The translations under genes and the position numbers were made by a program. A stretch of 57,122 bases of DNA from Thermoanaerobaculia bacterium (GTDB taxonomy: Bacteria > Acidobacteriota > Thermoanaerobaculia > UBA5066), in assembly GCA_963816185.1 (NCBI GenBank), contig CAWFJJ010000018.1:1-57122 (forward strand), written 5' to 3'. Shown in pieces: positions 48,863 to 57,122 of this stretch; within the stretch, counting starts at the first letter, position 1; each line of letters starts with the position of its first letter. The notes below the pieces were generated by a model. The model had not been told where the DNA came from. It worked only from the letters and a program-made list of their open reading frames with translations, and did no database searches.

Positions 48863-49885
48863 ATGCGACCGGGCACTGAGGACTCTCGCGTCCTGGATCT
48901 TCGGGCCGGCGACCTCGTCGAGGTGCGCAGCCGCGAGGAGATCCTCGCCACACTGGACCGGGAGGCAAGGCTCGATGCCCTTCCCTTCATGCCGGAGATG
49001 TTCCAGTACTGCGGCAAGCGCTATCGCGTCTTCAAGCGGGCCGACAAGACGTGCGACACCATCAGCAGCACCGGGACACGACGCCTCTTCCACACCGTCC
49101 ATCTGGAAGGACTTCGCTGTGACGGCCGGGCCCACGGCGGCTGCCAGGCCCTCTGCCTTCTCTTCTGGAAGGAAGCGTGGCTCACGCCGGTCTCATCGCC
49201 GTCAGACCCCGTCCCCGCCAAGACGCCATCTTCGCCCCCGACGCCCTCACCGCCGGACCCCCTTCCCGCCGGACGATGCACGGAAGAAGCGGTTCTCACG
49301 GCAACCCATGCCCGCCGCGGCCCGGGCACGACTTCCGAGGAGTGCTTCGCCTGCCAGGCCACGGAACTTGTCCGGGCGACGTCCCCTCTCGCCTGGTGGG
49401 ACCCCCGCCAGTACGCCCGTGACGTCCGCTCCGGCAACGTCCGCGTGCGGGACCTCATCCGCGGCCTCGCTCTCGGGGCCTTCAACACCATCCAGCGGCG
49501 CCGGGGCGGAACGACCTGTCCCTACATCAAGGGTCCGCTCCTCACGACGACCCCGGCCGCGACGCTCGACCTCCGACCGGGCGAGGTCGTCCGCGTGAAG
49601 CCGCTCGTCGAGATCCGAAACACACTCAACAGGCGCCGGCGTAATCGAGGCCTTCGTTTCGACTTCGAGATGGTCCGATACTGCGGAAGAACTTTCCGGG
49701 TTCTCGCGCGTGTCGAGCGCATCATCGACGAAGCGACGGGAGCGATGCTGTCCCTGCCCAACGACTGCATCATTCTCGAAGGGGCGACGTGCGTCGGCGA
49801 CCTCAGCGTCTACCCGAACCGCCTCTTCTGTCCTCGAAGCATCTATCCATTCTGGCGTGAAATATGGCTGGAGCGCGTCGAGTGA
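48863..49885 (+). CDS. Conserved hypothetical protein with two tandem Cys-containing SH3-like repeats
   Basis: LDLR.GD/E.V.V....EI..TL...L.F..EM..YCG..RV...C...C..FW.E.WL occurs twice. Confidence 0.75.
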   Translation: MRPGTEDSRVLDLRAGDLVEVRSREEILATLDREARLDALPFMPEMFQYCGKRYRVFKRADKTCDTISSTGTRRLFHTVHLEGLRCDGRAHGGCQALCLLFWKEAWLTPVSSPSDPVPAKTPSSPPTPSPPDPLPAGRCTEEAVLTATHARRGPGTTSEECFACQATELVRATSPLAWWDPRQYARDVRSGNVRVRDLIRGLALGAFNTIQRRRGGTTCPYIKGPLLTTTPAATLDLRPGEVVRVKPLVEIRNTLNRRRRNRGLRFDFEMVRYCGRTFRVLARVERIIDEATGAMLSLPNDCIILEGATCVGDLSVYPNRLFCPRSIYPFWREIWLERVE

Positions 49886-50895
49886 CCGATCCCCTCGTCA
49901 GCGTCGTGACTCCCGTCTACAACGGCGAGCCTTATCTTCGCGAGTGCATCGAGAGTGTCCTCGCGCAAACCTACCCCAACTGGGACTACACCATCGTCAA
50001 CAACTGCAGCCAGGACCGCACCCGCGAGATCGCCGACGAGTATGCAGCCAGAGACCCGCGGGTCCGCGTCCATAACAATGATGAGTTCGTCTCCTGCGAC
50101 GCCAACTACAACATCGCCGTCCGCCAGATATCACCCGAGAGCAAGTATTGCAAGATGGTCGAAGCCGACAACTGGCTTTTCCCCGATTGCCTCTCCCGGA
50201 TGGTGGACGCCGCAGAAGCAAGTCCCACCGTCGCTATTGTCGGTGCGTACGTCCTTGACGAGACACAAGTCAGGCCGGAAGGACTTTCTTATCCCAGTAC
50301 CCTCGTCTCTGGTCGCGACATTTGTCGTCAGCGCCTTCTGGGAGGCTCCTTCAGATTCGGCACGCCCACCGCTGTCCTGTACAGATCCGACGTGATTCGA
50401 TCGGTCGATATGTTTTTCAACGAACCCAATATTCATTCCGACATGGAGGTGTTCTTTCGGGTCCTCCGGGATAACGATTTCAGCTTTGTTCACCAGGTTC
50501 TGACCTTCAATCGGATTCGAGAGGGGTCGGAAACGTCCTATTCTAAAAGGCTGAACACATATCTCCCGGGCATGCTGTATCACCTGCTCAGGTACGGTCC
50601 GGACTATCTGAGCCCGGGTGAGGCCGCCGAACGCGTGGCGTTGCAAATGAAACGTTACTATGCGTTTCTCGCTGAGGCTGTCTTGCGGCGTCGCGACCGC
50701 GAATTCTGGACCTTCCACAAGAACAAGCTACGCGAGCTGGGTTGTCCCCTCAGCTATTCCCGCCTCGGTGGCGTGATCGCCATGCGGATGCTCGACGTGC
50801 TCCTGAATCCCAAACGCACCCTCGAGGCGCTGTGGCGGCGTCGCCCCGGCCTTTCCGGAATGGAGAGCGCCGAGCGCCCCGAGAGGCCGGGCTAG
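49882..50895 (+). CDS. Glycosyltransferase family 2
   Basis: VSVVTPVYN, SVLAQTY, VNNCSQD, EADN. GTGA coupling. Lower GC than its neighbours. Confidence 0.88.
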   Translation: MTDPLVSVVTPVYNGEPYLRECIESVLAQTYPNWDYTIVNNCSQDRTREIADEYAARDPRVRVHNNDEFVSCDANYNIAVRQISPESKYCKMVEADNWLFPDCLSRMVDAAEASPTVAIVGAYVLDETQVRPEGLSYPSTLVSGRDICRQRLLGGSFRFGTPTAVLYRSDVIRSVDMFFNEPNIHSDMEVFFRVLRDNDFSFVHQVLTFNRIREGSETSYSKRLNTYLPGMLYHLLRYGPDYLSPGEAAERVALQMKRYYAFLAEAVLRRRDREFWTFHKNKLRELGCPLSYSRLGGVIAMRMLDVLLNPKRTLEALWRRRPGLSGMESAERPERPG

Positions 50896-50925
50896 AAGCA
50901 TGCGCGCAGGTCAAAGGCTTTCCCG

Positions 50926-52236
50926 GTGACCGCCTTCGCCATCCGCGTGAAAGGCCTTGGAAAGGACTATCCGCTCCGGCACGGACGCACGCCCTACAAG
51001 ACGGCGAGAGAAGTGATCGTCTCGGCGCTTTCCGCCCCGTTTTCACGCCTCCGTGGCGGCCCGACCAACCGCGCCAACACCCGGGCCGAGCGGTTCTGGG
51101 CTCTCCGAGACGTCTCTTTCGACGTGACGCCCGGCGAAGCGGTCGGCATCATCGGGCGGAACGGCGCCGGAAAGAGCACCCTCCTCAAGGTTCTCTCTCG
51201 CATCACCGATCCATCCGAGGGTTTCGCGGAGGTCCACGGCCGGATCGGATCCCTGCTCGAGGTCGGTACCGGCTTCCACCCCGAACTTACGGGCCGTGAG
51301 AACATCTTCATGAATGGCGCCATCCTCGGCATGAAGCGCGCCGAGATCGTCAGGCGGTTCGACGAGATCGTCGCCTTCGCCGAGACCGAGAAGTTTCTCG
51401 ACACCGCGGTGAAGCATTACTCCAGTGGGATGTATTTGCGTCTGGCCTTCGCCGTCGCCGCTCATCTCGAACCGGAGATCCTCATCGTGGACGAGGTTCT
51501 GGCCGTCGGCGACGCGGCGTTCCAACGGAAGTGCCTCGGGAAGATGGGTCAGGTCGCGAACGAGGGCCGCACGGTCCTCCTCGTCAGCCACAACATGCAG
51601 GCGATCACGACGCTTTGCCGGAGCGCCGTCCTTCTCGACGGCGGCCGGGTCGCAAAGTTCGGATCTTCTGGTCAGGTCGTTTCAGCCTACCTGCAGCCCG
51701 ACGACGCCCAACTGAAAGAACAGCAAAAGGCGTTCGCGGATCCGTCCCAGGCGCCGGGCAACGACAAGATCCGCGTTCGTGCCGTCCGCGTCGTTCCCGA
51801 GAGCGCGTCCGAAAACGGCGAAATCGGGATCGAGACTCCGCTCCGTGTCGAAATCGACTACTGGAACCTGCAGGAAGGTGCCACGGTCCTCCTCGTCATC
51901 GACGTCTACACGCCAGATGGGACCGCGGTGTTCGAGTCCCTCTCGGTCGACGATCCGACCTGGCAGGGTCGACCTCTGCCGGCAGGCCTCTATCGCAGCG
52001 TCTGTCTCATTCCCGGGGACTTCCTGAATCAGGGCTCCTACCGCCTTCGTGTCGTCTTCATCGACGAATTCGGCACGGCGCGCGTCTTCGATTATCCGTC
52101 TGCCGCCGTCTTCACCGTCCACGACCTTGCTGAACGCCGGATTGCGTGGTACGGCCGCTTCCTCGGGGTCGTACGCCCGCGCCTGCGCTGGAGCACGACG
52201 GCCCTGGGCTCCGATGAAAGGACGCGTCTGGAGTAG
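50926..52236 (+). CDS. wzt: Polysaccharide ABC transporter ATP-binding subunit with Wzt_C domain, copy 2
   Basis: GRNGAGKST, YSSGM, ILIVDEVLAVGD. Clear paralogue of 17174..18520. Confidence 0.92.
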   Translation: MTAFAIRVKGLGKDYPLRHGRTPYKTAREVIVSALSAPFSRLRGGPTNRANTRAERFWALRDVSFDVTPGEAVGIIGRNGAGKSTLLKVLSRITDPSEGFAEVHGRIGSLLEVGTGFHPELTGRENIFMNGAILGMKRAEIVRRFDEIVAFAETEKFLDTAVKHYSSGMYLRLAFAVAAHLEPEILIVDEVLAVGDAAFQRKCLGKMGQVANEGRTVLLVSHNMQAITTLCRSAVLLDGGRVAKFGSSGQVVSAYLQPDDAQLKEQQKAFADPSQAPGNDKIRVRAVRVVPESASENGEIGIETPLRVEIDYWNLQEGATVLLVIDVYTPDGTAVFESLSVDDPTWQGRPLPAGLYRSVCLIPGDFLNQGSYRLRVVFIDEFGTARVFDYPSAAVFTVHDLAERRIAWYGRFLGVVRPRLRWSTTALGSDERTRLE

Positions 52237-52238
52237 CC

Positions 52239-53018
52239 GTGGGCTACGATCCAAAGACTTTCTGGAACGAGAGAGCGCGCCGTGCCACCGACCCGTTAGC
52301 TGCAGTCTGCCACGCGAACCCGATCGACAACCGAAATATCGACCGCGTCCAACGGCGGTTGGTGGGACGCGCACTGGCACGCGTGCATCGTGCAATGCCT
52401 CTTGCCGGAAGAAGCGTCCTCGACTACGGCTGCGGAGTCGGGCGCTTCGTAGCCACTCTCGAGAGCATGGGTTGTGTCTACAGCGGCGTTGACATCGCCG
52501 AGGAAATGGTCGCCATCGCGCTTCGCCAGAGACCAGGCCGAGACCTCAAAGTCCTCGAGAACGGCCGCATCCCGCATGAGAACGCCACGTTCGATCTGGT
52601 CACGAGCCTCGCCGTGATTCACCACAACGCGTACGAGCAGCAGGAGCGAATCGTGGATGAAATCCTCCGGGTTCTGAGGCCGACCGGATACGTGGTGCTG
52701 TTCGAGGCTATCGGCGAGCCGAACCTGCAAGCCAGCATCGAGTTTGCGCGCCCTTTGGAGGGTTGGCTGACCATGTTCAGGAAGCAAGGGTTATCTTGCG
52801 TCCACCACGAGGGCGCCAGGTACTTCCTCACGAGAAAGGCGTGGGGTCGATTGCGCCGCCTGATGGGAGCAACTCAGAGCTCGATCTCAACACCCGGCTG
52901 GCTGGATGCCGTTGGTGTTTGGATCGATCCGATCATGGGTTCCCTGCTCCCGCAGAGGCACCAGAATCGTGCTGTGATGATCTTTGAGCGGAAGCAGGCA
53001 GAACAACGAAGACGTTGA
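52239..53018 (+). CDS. Class I SAM-dependent methyltransferase
   Basis: VLDYGCGVG, GVDIA, FDLV, RVLRPTG. Confidence 0.85.
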   Translation: MGYDPKTFWNERARRATDPLAAVCHANPIDNRNIDRVQRRLVGRALARVHRAMPLAGRSVLDYGCGVGRFVATLESMGCVYSGVDIAEEMVAIALRQRPGRDLKVLENGRIPHENATFDLVTSLAVIHHNAYEQQERIVDEILRVLRPTGYVVLFEAIGEPNLQASIEFARPLEGWLTMFRKQGLSCVHHEGARYFLTRKAWGRLRRLMGATQSSISTPGWLDAVGVWIDPIMGSLLPQRHQNRAVMIFERKQAEQRRR

Positions 53019-54375
53019 ACCGGGGTCCCGTCGGTGGAGGCGCAGAAAAGCCGACGCGGGTGGCTGGCGCCAGTGCCGTCATCGGCAACGCCACCGATCC
53101 TCCGGCGTACGTGCCCGAGACGACCGGAGGCCCGTAGAAGTTCTGGGCGTTGCGGATCTCGTAAGCCGCGCCCGGACTCATCACCCCCGTCAGGTCCACC
53201 GCCTGCGTCGCGCTCCCTGCCCAGTTGTAGACCACGACCGTCGCCCGACCAGGCTCGTATGCGTTCGGCAGGATGGCGACGAGATTGGTCGCGGGGACCG
53301 GCCCGACGCCGTGAGACGTGCTCAGGTAATAGGCATTGTCCGGATAATCCGACGCCGAGAATCCGTCGAGATAGCCGACGATGGTGTTGCCGGTCAACGT
53401 GAACCCTGCCCGCGCGCCGTTGACGAGAACGTACGGAGGCGTGAACGTGTCGGCGCTCCGGCTGACGAGGTAGTTGTTCCTGGCGAGGAACGGACTGTAG
53501 TCCTGAGAATAGTACCCGACCGCGGCACCAGCCTCCCACGTGTAATTCCCCACGAGTTGTGAGCCGGTGATCTTGAATCCGCCCGAACCTCCGATCAGGA
53601 TGCTGTTACGGATCGCCACGTTCTCCGCGATGATCGAATTCTGGAAGCCTGCCAGCTTGGAACCATAAGCCTGAATGCTGTAAGCGCCAAACTGGTCGAA
53701 CAGGACGTTGTGCTTGATGAGCTTCGAGCCGCCCGAACCGTTCTGCGGGTACATTCCGTATCCGTGCCCTCGGTCGGGGCCTTTCCACCCGTTGTAGTAG
53801 ATGATGTTCCCGTAACACTCAGCGTCTGTGGCGGGCGACCACGGATCCAGGCCCTCGCCCGCGTCGTGAATGACGAGGTTGATGATCTTCATCCCCGGTC
53901 CAAACACTCCAACGCCCCCGTCCCGCGCGTCCACAGGGTTCGACCCCGGCGTCGGGTTGTACCGGTTCGGGTTCGAGTCCATCACCTCGAACCCCCAGTA
54001 CCACGTGTACGCCCCGTTCACCGTAAGGACATACTTGTTGCTCCCGAGAACCAAAGGATTCACGTTCCCGTCCAGCGTCGCCCGCTCCCCCGGATACTGC
54101 CTCACCACGATCGGTGCCCGCGCCGTCCCCTTCAGGGTGCTCGTGAACAGTCCCGTGTACGTCCCCCCGCGCAGCCAGATCGTGTCCCCCGGCTTCACCG
54201 CCGAAGGATGGGAAAGAGCCTTGGCCAGACTCCACGGCGCTTTCTGGCTTCCCTTGCCTCGGTCAGTTCCTGTCGGAGAAACGTAGAACTCGCCGGCGAA
54301 AAGCGAGCGGCCAGCGAGAAGGAGTCCGAGAACGCCTATCGAGAAACGGCATCGGGAACGTCGTGAAGCCCTCAC
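52933..54375 (-). CDS. Secreted right-handed beta-helix (pectin lyase-like) protein, short form
   Basis: Signal peptide, FYVSPTG..G....PWSL, VKPGDTIWLRGGTY, YPGERATLDG, Asn-rich coils (GNIIYYNG, HGYGMY). GTGA coupling at 54375. Confidence 0.75.
   Translation of the reverse strand: MRASRRSRCRFSIGVLGLLLAGRSLFAGEFYVSPTGTDRGKGSQKAPWSLAKALSHPSAVKPGDTIWLRGGTYTGLFTSTLKGTARAPIVVRQYPGERATLDGNVNPLVLGSNKYVLTVNGAYTWYWGFEVMDSNPNRYNPTPGSNPVDARDGGVGVFGPGMKIINLVIHDAGEGLDPWSPATDAECYGNIIYYNGWKGPDRGHGYGMYPQNGSGGSKLIKHNVLFDQFGAYSIQAYGSKLAGFQNSIIAENVAIRNSILIGGSGGFKITGSQLVGNYTWEAGAAVGYYSQDYSPFLARNNYLVSRSADTFTPPYVLVNGARAGFTLTGNTIVGYLDGFSASDYPDNAYYLSTSHGVGPVPATNLVAILPNAYEPGRATVVVYNWAGSATQAVDLTGVMSPGAAYEIRNAQNFYGPPVVSGTYAGGSVALPMTALAPATRVGFSAPPPTGPRFNVFVVLPASAQRSSQHDSGASAGAGNP
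53145..54220. repeat. Near-identical ~1.08 kb direct repeat, copy 1 (copy 2 at 55994..57069)
   Basis: Offset 2849 bp. Only a handful of substitutions seen, near the ends. Confidence 0.92.
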
Positions 54376-57122
54376 TTCGTCGCCGAGCTGATGAAGCTGC
54401 CGTCGTTCGTGCGGCCGCTGGAGGGCGTTCCGCCGTCGTTCACGACGCCGTAGACCAGGAGGCGGTCGGCCCCCGTCGTACCGACCACCCGGACGTATCC
54501 GTTCGACACTCCGAACTCGGCAAGAACACCCTGGAACTGGACCCAGCCGCGCGACGGCACGACGAACGGTCCGAGCTGCCCGGCAAGGCGGCCCGTGTCT
54601 CCGTCGTAGACCTCGACACGGCACGTCACGGGCTCACCGGCGTCGCCGAAAGAGGCGACTGCCAGATTCGAGCGGGATGTGTCGTCTTGCTGCAGGCCGT
54701 ACACCCACGCATCACCGGTCGCCGAGCGTGAAAGAGGAACGCCGTTGTAGAAGAGCCCGTAGCGTCCTCCCTGCGGTGCCGGCGTGGCAGTCAAGACGCC
54801 GGCATAGCCTGGCGCGGGAATGCCGTCCCGGGAGAACCGCACTCCAACCGCTCCTGCATGGCTTTCGCCGCCGCGAGGCCCGCTGGCGAGTCCCCGTTCG
54901 CGAAGAAAGTCGATGGCCGATGGAATCAGTCGCTGCTCGAAGCCGCCGAGCGCGATGTCGGTTCTGAACGGTACGCCACTCGCTGGAGGCGCGAGAGACT
55001 CCACGTAGCTCAGGGTCGCCGTCACCGGCTGACTCGCGGGGTTCGTCAGGACGAGATCGCTCTCAAAGTTTCCGCTTTCGACGATGACGGGCAGGATCTG
55101 GTCCTCGGGAGGCGTCCCATCCTGAACCGGCGGGATGAGAGCGCCGTCGTTCGTGACGTTGTCGTTCACCACCCCGTAGGCGAAGAAGCGTCCCGTTCCG
55201 GCTATCCGTTCCACCGCGATGAAGCCGTTGTCAAAACCGGCCGCCGCGAGAGGCGAGCTGACCTGAATCCACTCGCCGGGTCCGAGCATCACCGGCGCCA
55301 GCGTTGCGGTCCGGCCATCTGCCCCGCCGGAATACGCCGTTAGCGCCAGCGTGATGCTGCCGGAGGACTCCAGGTTGACGAGCGCCAGGTTGCACCGCTC
55401 GAGGTCGCTCTCTCGCAAGCCGAACACGATCGCCTTACTATCAAATCCGTCTTCCGGCCGCACCGATGCGAAGGCCGTCCCCGCGCGTCCCGGCCCCGAA
55501 GGAGAGGTGATTCGCGCGGCCGCGTAGCTCGCCTCCGGACTGGAGAGTCCCGTAAAGGTCACGCTGAGGGAGCCGCCCTGACTCCCGCTTCCCAGGGCAA
55601 GCCCGCGATTTCTCAGATACGAGATGGCGTCCGGTATCACGAGCTGCCTGCCCGGCGGCAGGCTGTCGGTCACGGTCCCGCTCGGGCCACCGAACTGCGG
55701 CGACGCGGTATATGTCAGCGAAATTGACACCGGTGTGACGCCCCGGTTGGCAAGCGTGATCTCGGTCGAGAAGTGCGCGCCGTTCTGCCCTACGGCGTCC
55801 ACAACGACGGGAAGCACTCGCGTAGCGGCGAACGTTCCCCCGGGAGGCAGGACGACAAATGACTGGAAGCCTTCGGGCCACTCTGGCGCCGCCGCAGCAC
55901 CTGCGGGAACGGCGGCCGGGAAGCCCGTCAAGGGGAGTAGGACTTTCGCCCCGGAAAAGACTCCGGAGGCGAGCGGCGGACCGAGGAAATTGCGGGCGTT
56001 GCGGATCTCGTAAGCCGCGCCCGGACTCATCACCCCAGTCAGGTCCACCGCCTGCGTCGCGCTCCCTGCCCAGTTGTAGACCACGACCGTCGCCCGACCA
56101 GGCTCGTATGCGTTCGGCAGGATGGCGACGAGATTGGTCGCGGGGACCGGCCCGACGCCGTGAGACGTGCTCAGGTAATAGGCATTGTCCGGATAATCCG
56201 ACGCCGAGAATCCGTCGAGATAGCCGACGATGGTGTTGCCGGTCAACGTGAACCCTGCCCGCGCGCCGTTGACGAGAACGTACGGAGGCGTGAACGTGTC
56301 GGCGCTCCGGCTGACGAGGTAGTTGTTCCTGGCGAGGAACGGACTGTAGTCCTGAGAATAGTACCCGACCGCGGCACCAGCCTCCCACGTGTAATTCCCC
56401 ACGAGTTGTGAGCCGGTGATCTTGAATCCGCCCGAACCTCCGATCAGGATGCTGTTACGGATCGCCACGTTCTCCGCGATGATCGAATTCTGGAAGCCTG
56501 CCAGCTTGGAACCATAAGCCTGAATGCTGTAAGCGCCAAACTGGTCGAACAGGACGTTGTGCTTGATGAGCTTCGAGCCGCCCGAACCGTTCTGCGGGTA
56601 CATTCCGTATCCGTGCCCTCGGTCGGGGCCTTTCCACCCGTTGTAGTAGATGATGTTCCCGTAACACTCAGCGTCTGTGGCGGGCGACCACGGATCCAGG
56701 CCCTCGCCCGCGTCGTGAATGACGAGGTTGATGATCTTCATCCCCGGTCCAAACACTCCAACGCCCCCGTCCCGCGCGTCCACAGGGTTCGACCCCGGCG
56801 TCGGGTTGTACCGGTTCGGGTTCGAGTCCATCACCTCGAACCCCCAGTACCACGTGTACGCCCCGTTCACCGTAAGGACATACTTGTTGGTCCCGAGAAC
56901 CAAGGGGTTCACGTTCCCGTCCAGCGTCGCCCGCTCCCCCGGATACTGCCTCACCACGATCGGTGCCCGCGCCGTCCCCTTCAGGGTGCTCGTGAACAGT
57001 CCCGTGTATGTTCCCCCGCGCAGCCAGATCGTGTCCCCGGGCTTCACCGCCGAAGGATGGGAAAGAGCCGTCTGGAGGCTCCAGGGGTTCGTGATCGCCC
57101 CTGTCCCCGGCCCTGCGTCCGT
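54372..57122 (-). CDS. Secreted right-handed beta-helix protein, long form with two tandem C-terminal domains (5-prime end outside the window)
   Basis: Same beta-helix core as the short form, then two repeats (LPVV...F.T/SEL.L.N ... YGVVND..TNDG). The frame is open to the window edge. Confidence 0.8.
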   Translation of the reverse strand, partial: TDAGPGTGAITNPWSLQTALSHPSAVKPGDTIWLRGGTYTGLFTSTLKGTARAPIVVRQYPGERATLDGNVNPLVLGTNKYVLTVNGAYTWYWGFEVMDSNPNRYNPTPGSNPVDARDGGVGVFGPGMKIINLVIHDAGEGLDPWSPATDAECYGNIIYYNGWKGPDRGHGYGMYPQNGSGGSKLIKHNVLFDQFGAYSIQAYGSKLAGFQNSIIAENVAIRNSILIGGSGGFKITGSQLVGNYTWEAGAAVGYYSQDYSPFLARNNYLVSRSADTFTPPYVLVNGARAGFTLTGNTIVGYLDGFSASDYPDNAYYLSTSHGVGPVPATNLVAILPNAYEPGRATVVVYNWAGSATQAVDLTGVMSPGAAYEIRNARNFLGPPLASGVFSGAKVLLPLTGFPAAVPAGAAAAPEWPEGFQSFVVLPPGGTFAATRVLPVVVDAVGQNGAHFSTEITLANRGVTPVSISLTYTASPQFGGPSGTVTDSLPPGRQLVIPDAISYLRNRGLALGSGSQGGSLSVTFTGLSSPEASYAAARITSPSGPGRAGTAFASVRPEDGFDSKAIVFGLRESDLERCNLALVNLESSGSITLALTAYSGGADGRTATLAPVMLGPGEWIQVSSPLAAAGFDNGFIAVERIAGTGRFFAYGVVNDNVTNDGALIPPVQDGTPPEDQILPVIVESGNFESDLVLTNPASQPVTATLSYVESLAPPASGVPFRTDIALGGFEQRLIPSAIDFLRERGLASGPRGGESHAGAVGVRFSRDGIPAPGYAGVLTATPAPQGGRYGLFYNGVPLSRSATGDAWVYGLQQDDTSRSNLAVASFGDAGEPVTCRVEVYDGDTGRLAGQLGPFVVPSRGWVQFQGVLAEFGVSNGYVRVVGTTGADRLLVYGVVNDGGTPSSGRTNDGSFISSATK

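Overview
High-GC (~65%) bacterial DNA holding one large, mosaic cell-surface glycan biosynthesis island. The protein C-terminal domain styles suggest Acidobacteriota/Thermoanaerobaculia (inference only). A long minus-strand operon (21741 to 1986) encodes a UDP-HexNAc dehydrogenase and epimerase, Wzm/Wzt ABC export, six GT4 and one GT2 glycosyltransferases, two AsnB-like amidotransferases, a deacetylase and an O-antigen ligase/Wzy-like membrane protein. A patchwork region (21.9-32.6 kb) has an SGNH hydrolase, a GT-C-like membrane protein, an IS630-like relic, a deacetylase, an ATP-grasp/LMW-PTP fusion, a GH63 relic, three relics of a class III aminotransferase, an intact class IV aminotransferase and a secreted beta-propeller-like protein. 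A minus-strand GT2, ATP-grasp, GNAT, ThDP-enzyme module follows. A plus-strand operon then encodes Wzc, a branched/deoxy-sugar cassette (C-methyltransferase, RmlC-like, DUF4910, RfbF-like, PIG-L), a Cys-rich tandem-domain protein, GT2, a second Wzt and a methyltransferase. The island also encodes two families of secreted, probably carbohydrate-active proteins: three DUF4038/GH140-like and two beta-helix proteins. Each family has a form with a C-terminal extension and a form without it. No rRNA, tRNA or CRISPR array was seen. All family calls come from motifs read by eye, not from database searches.
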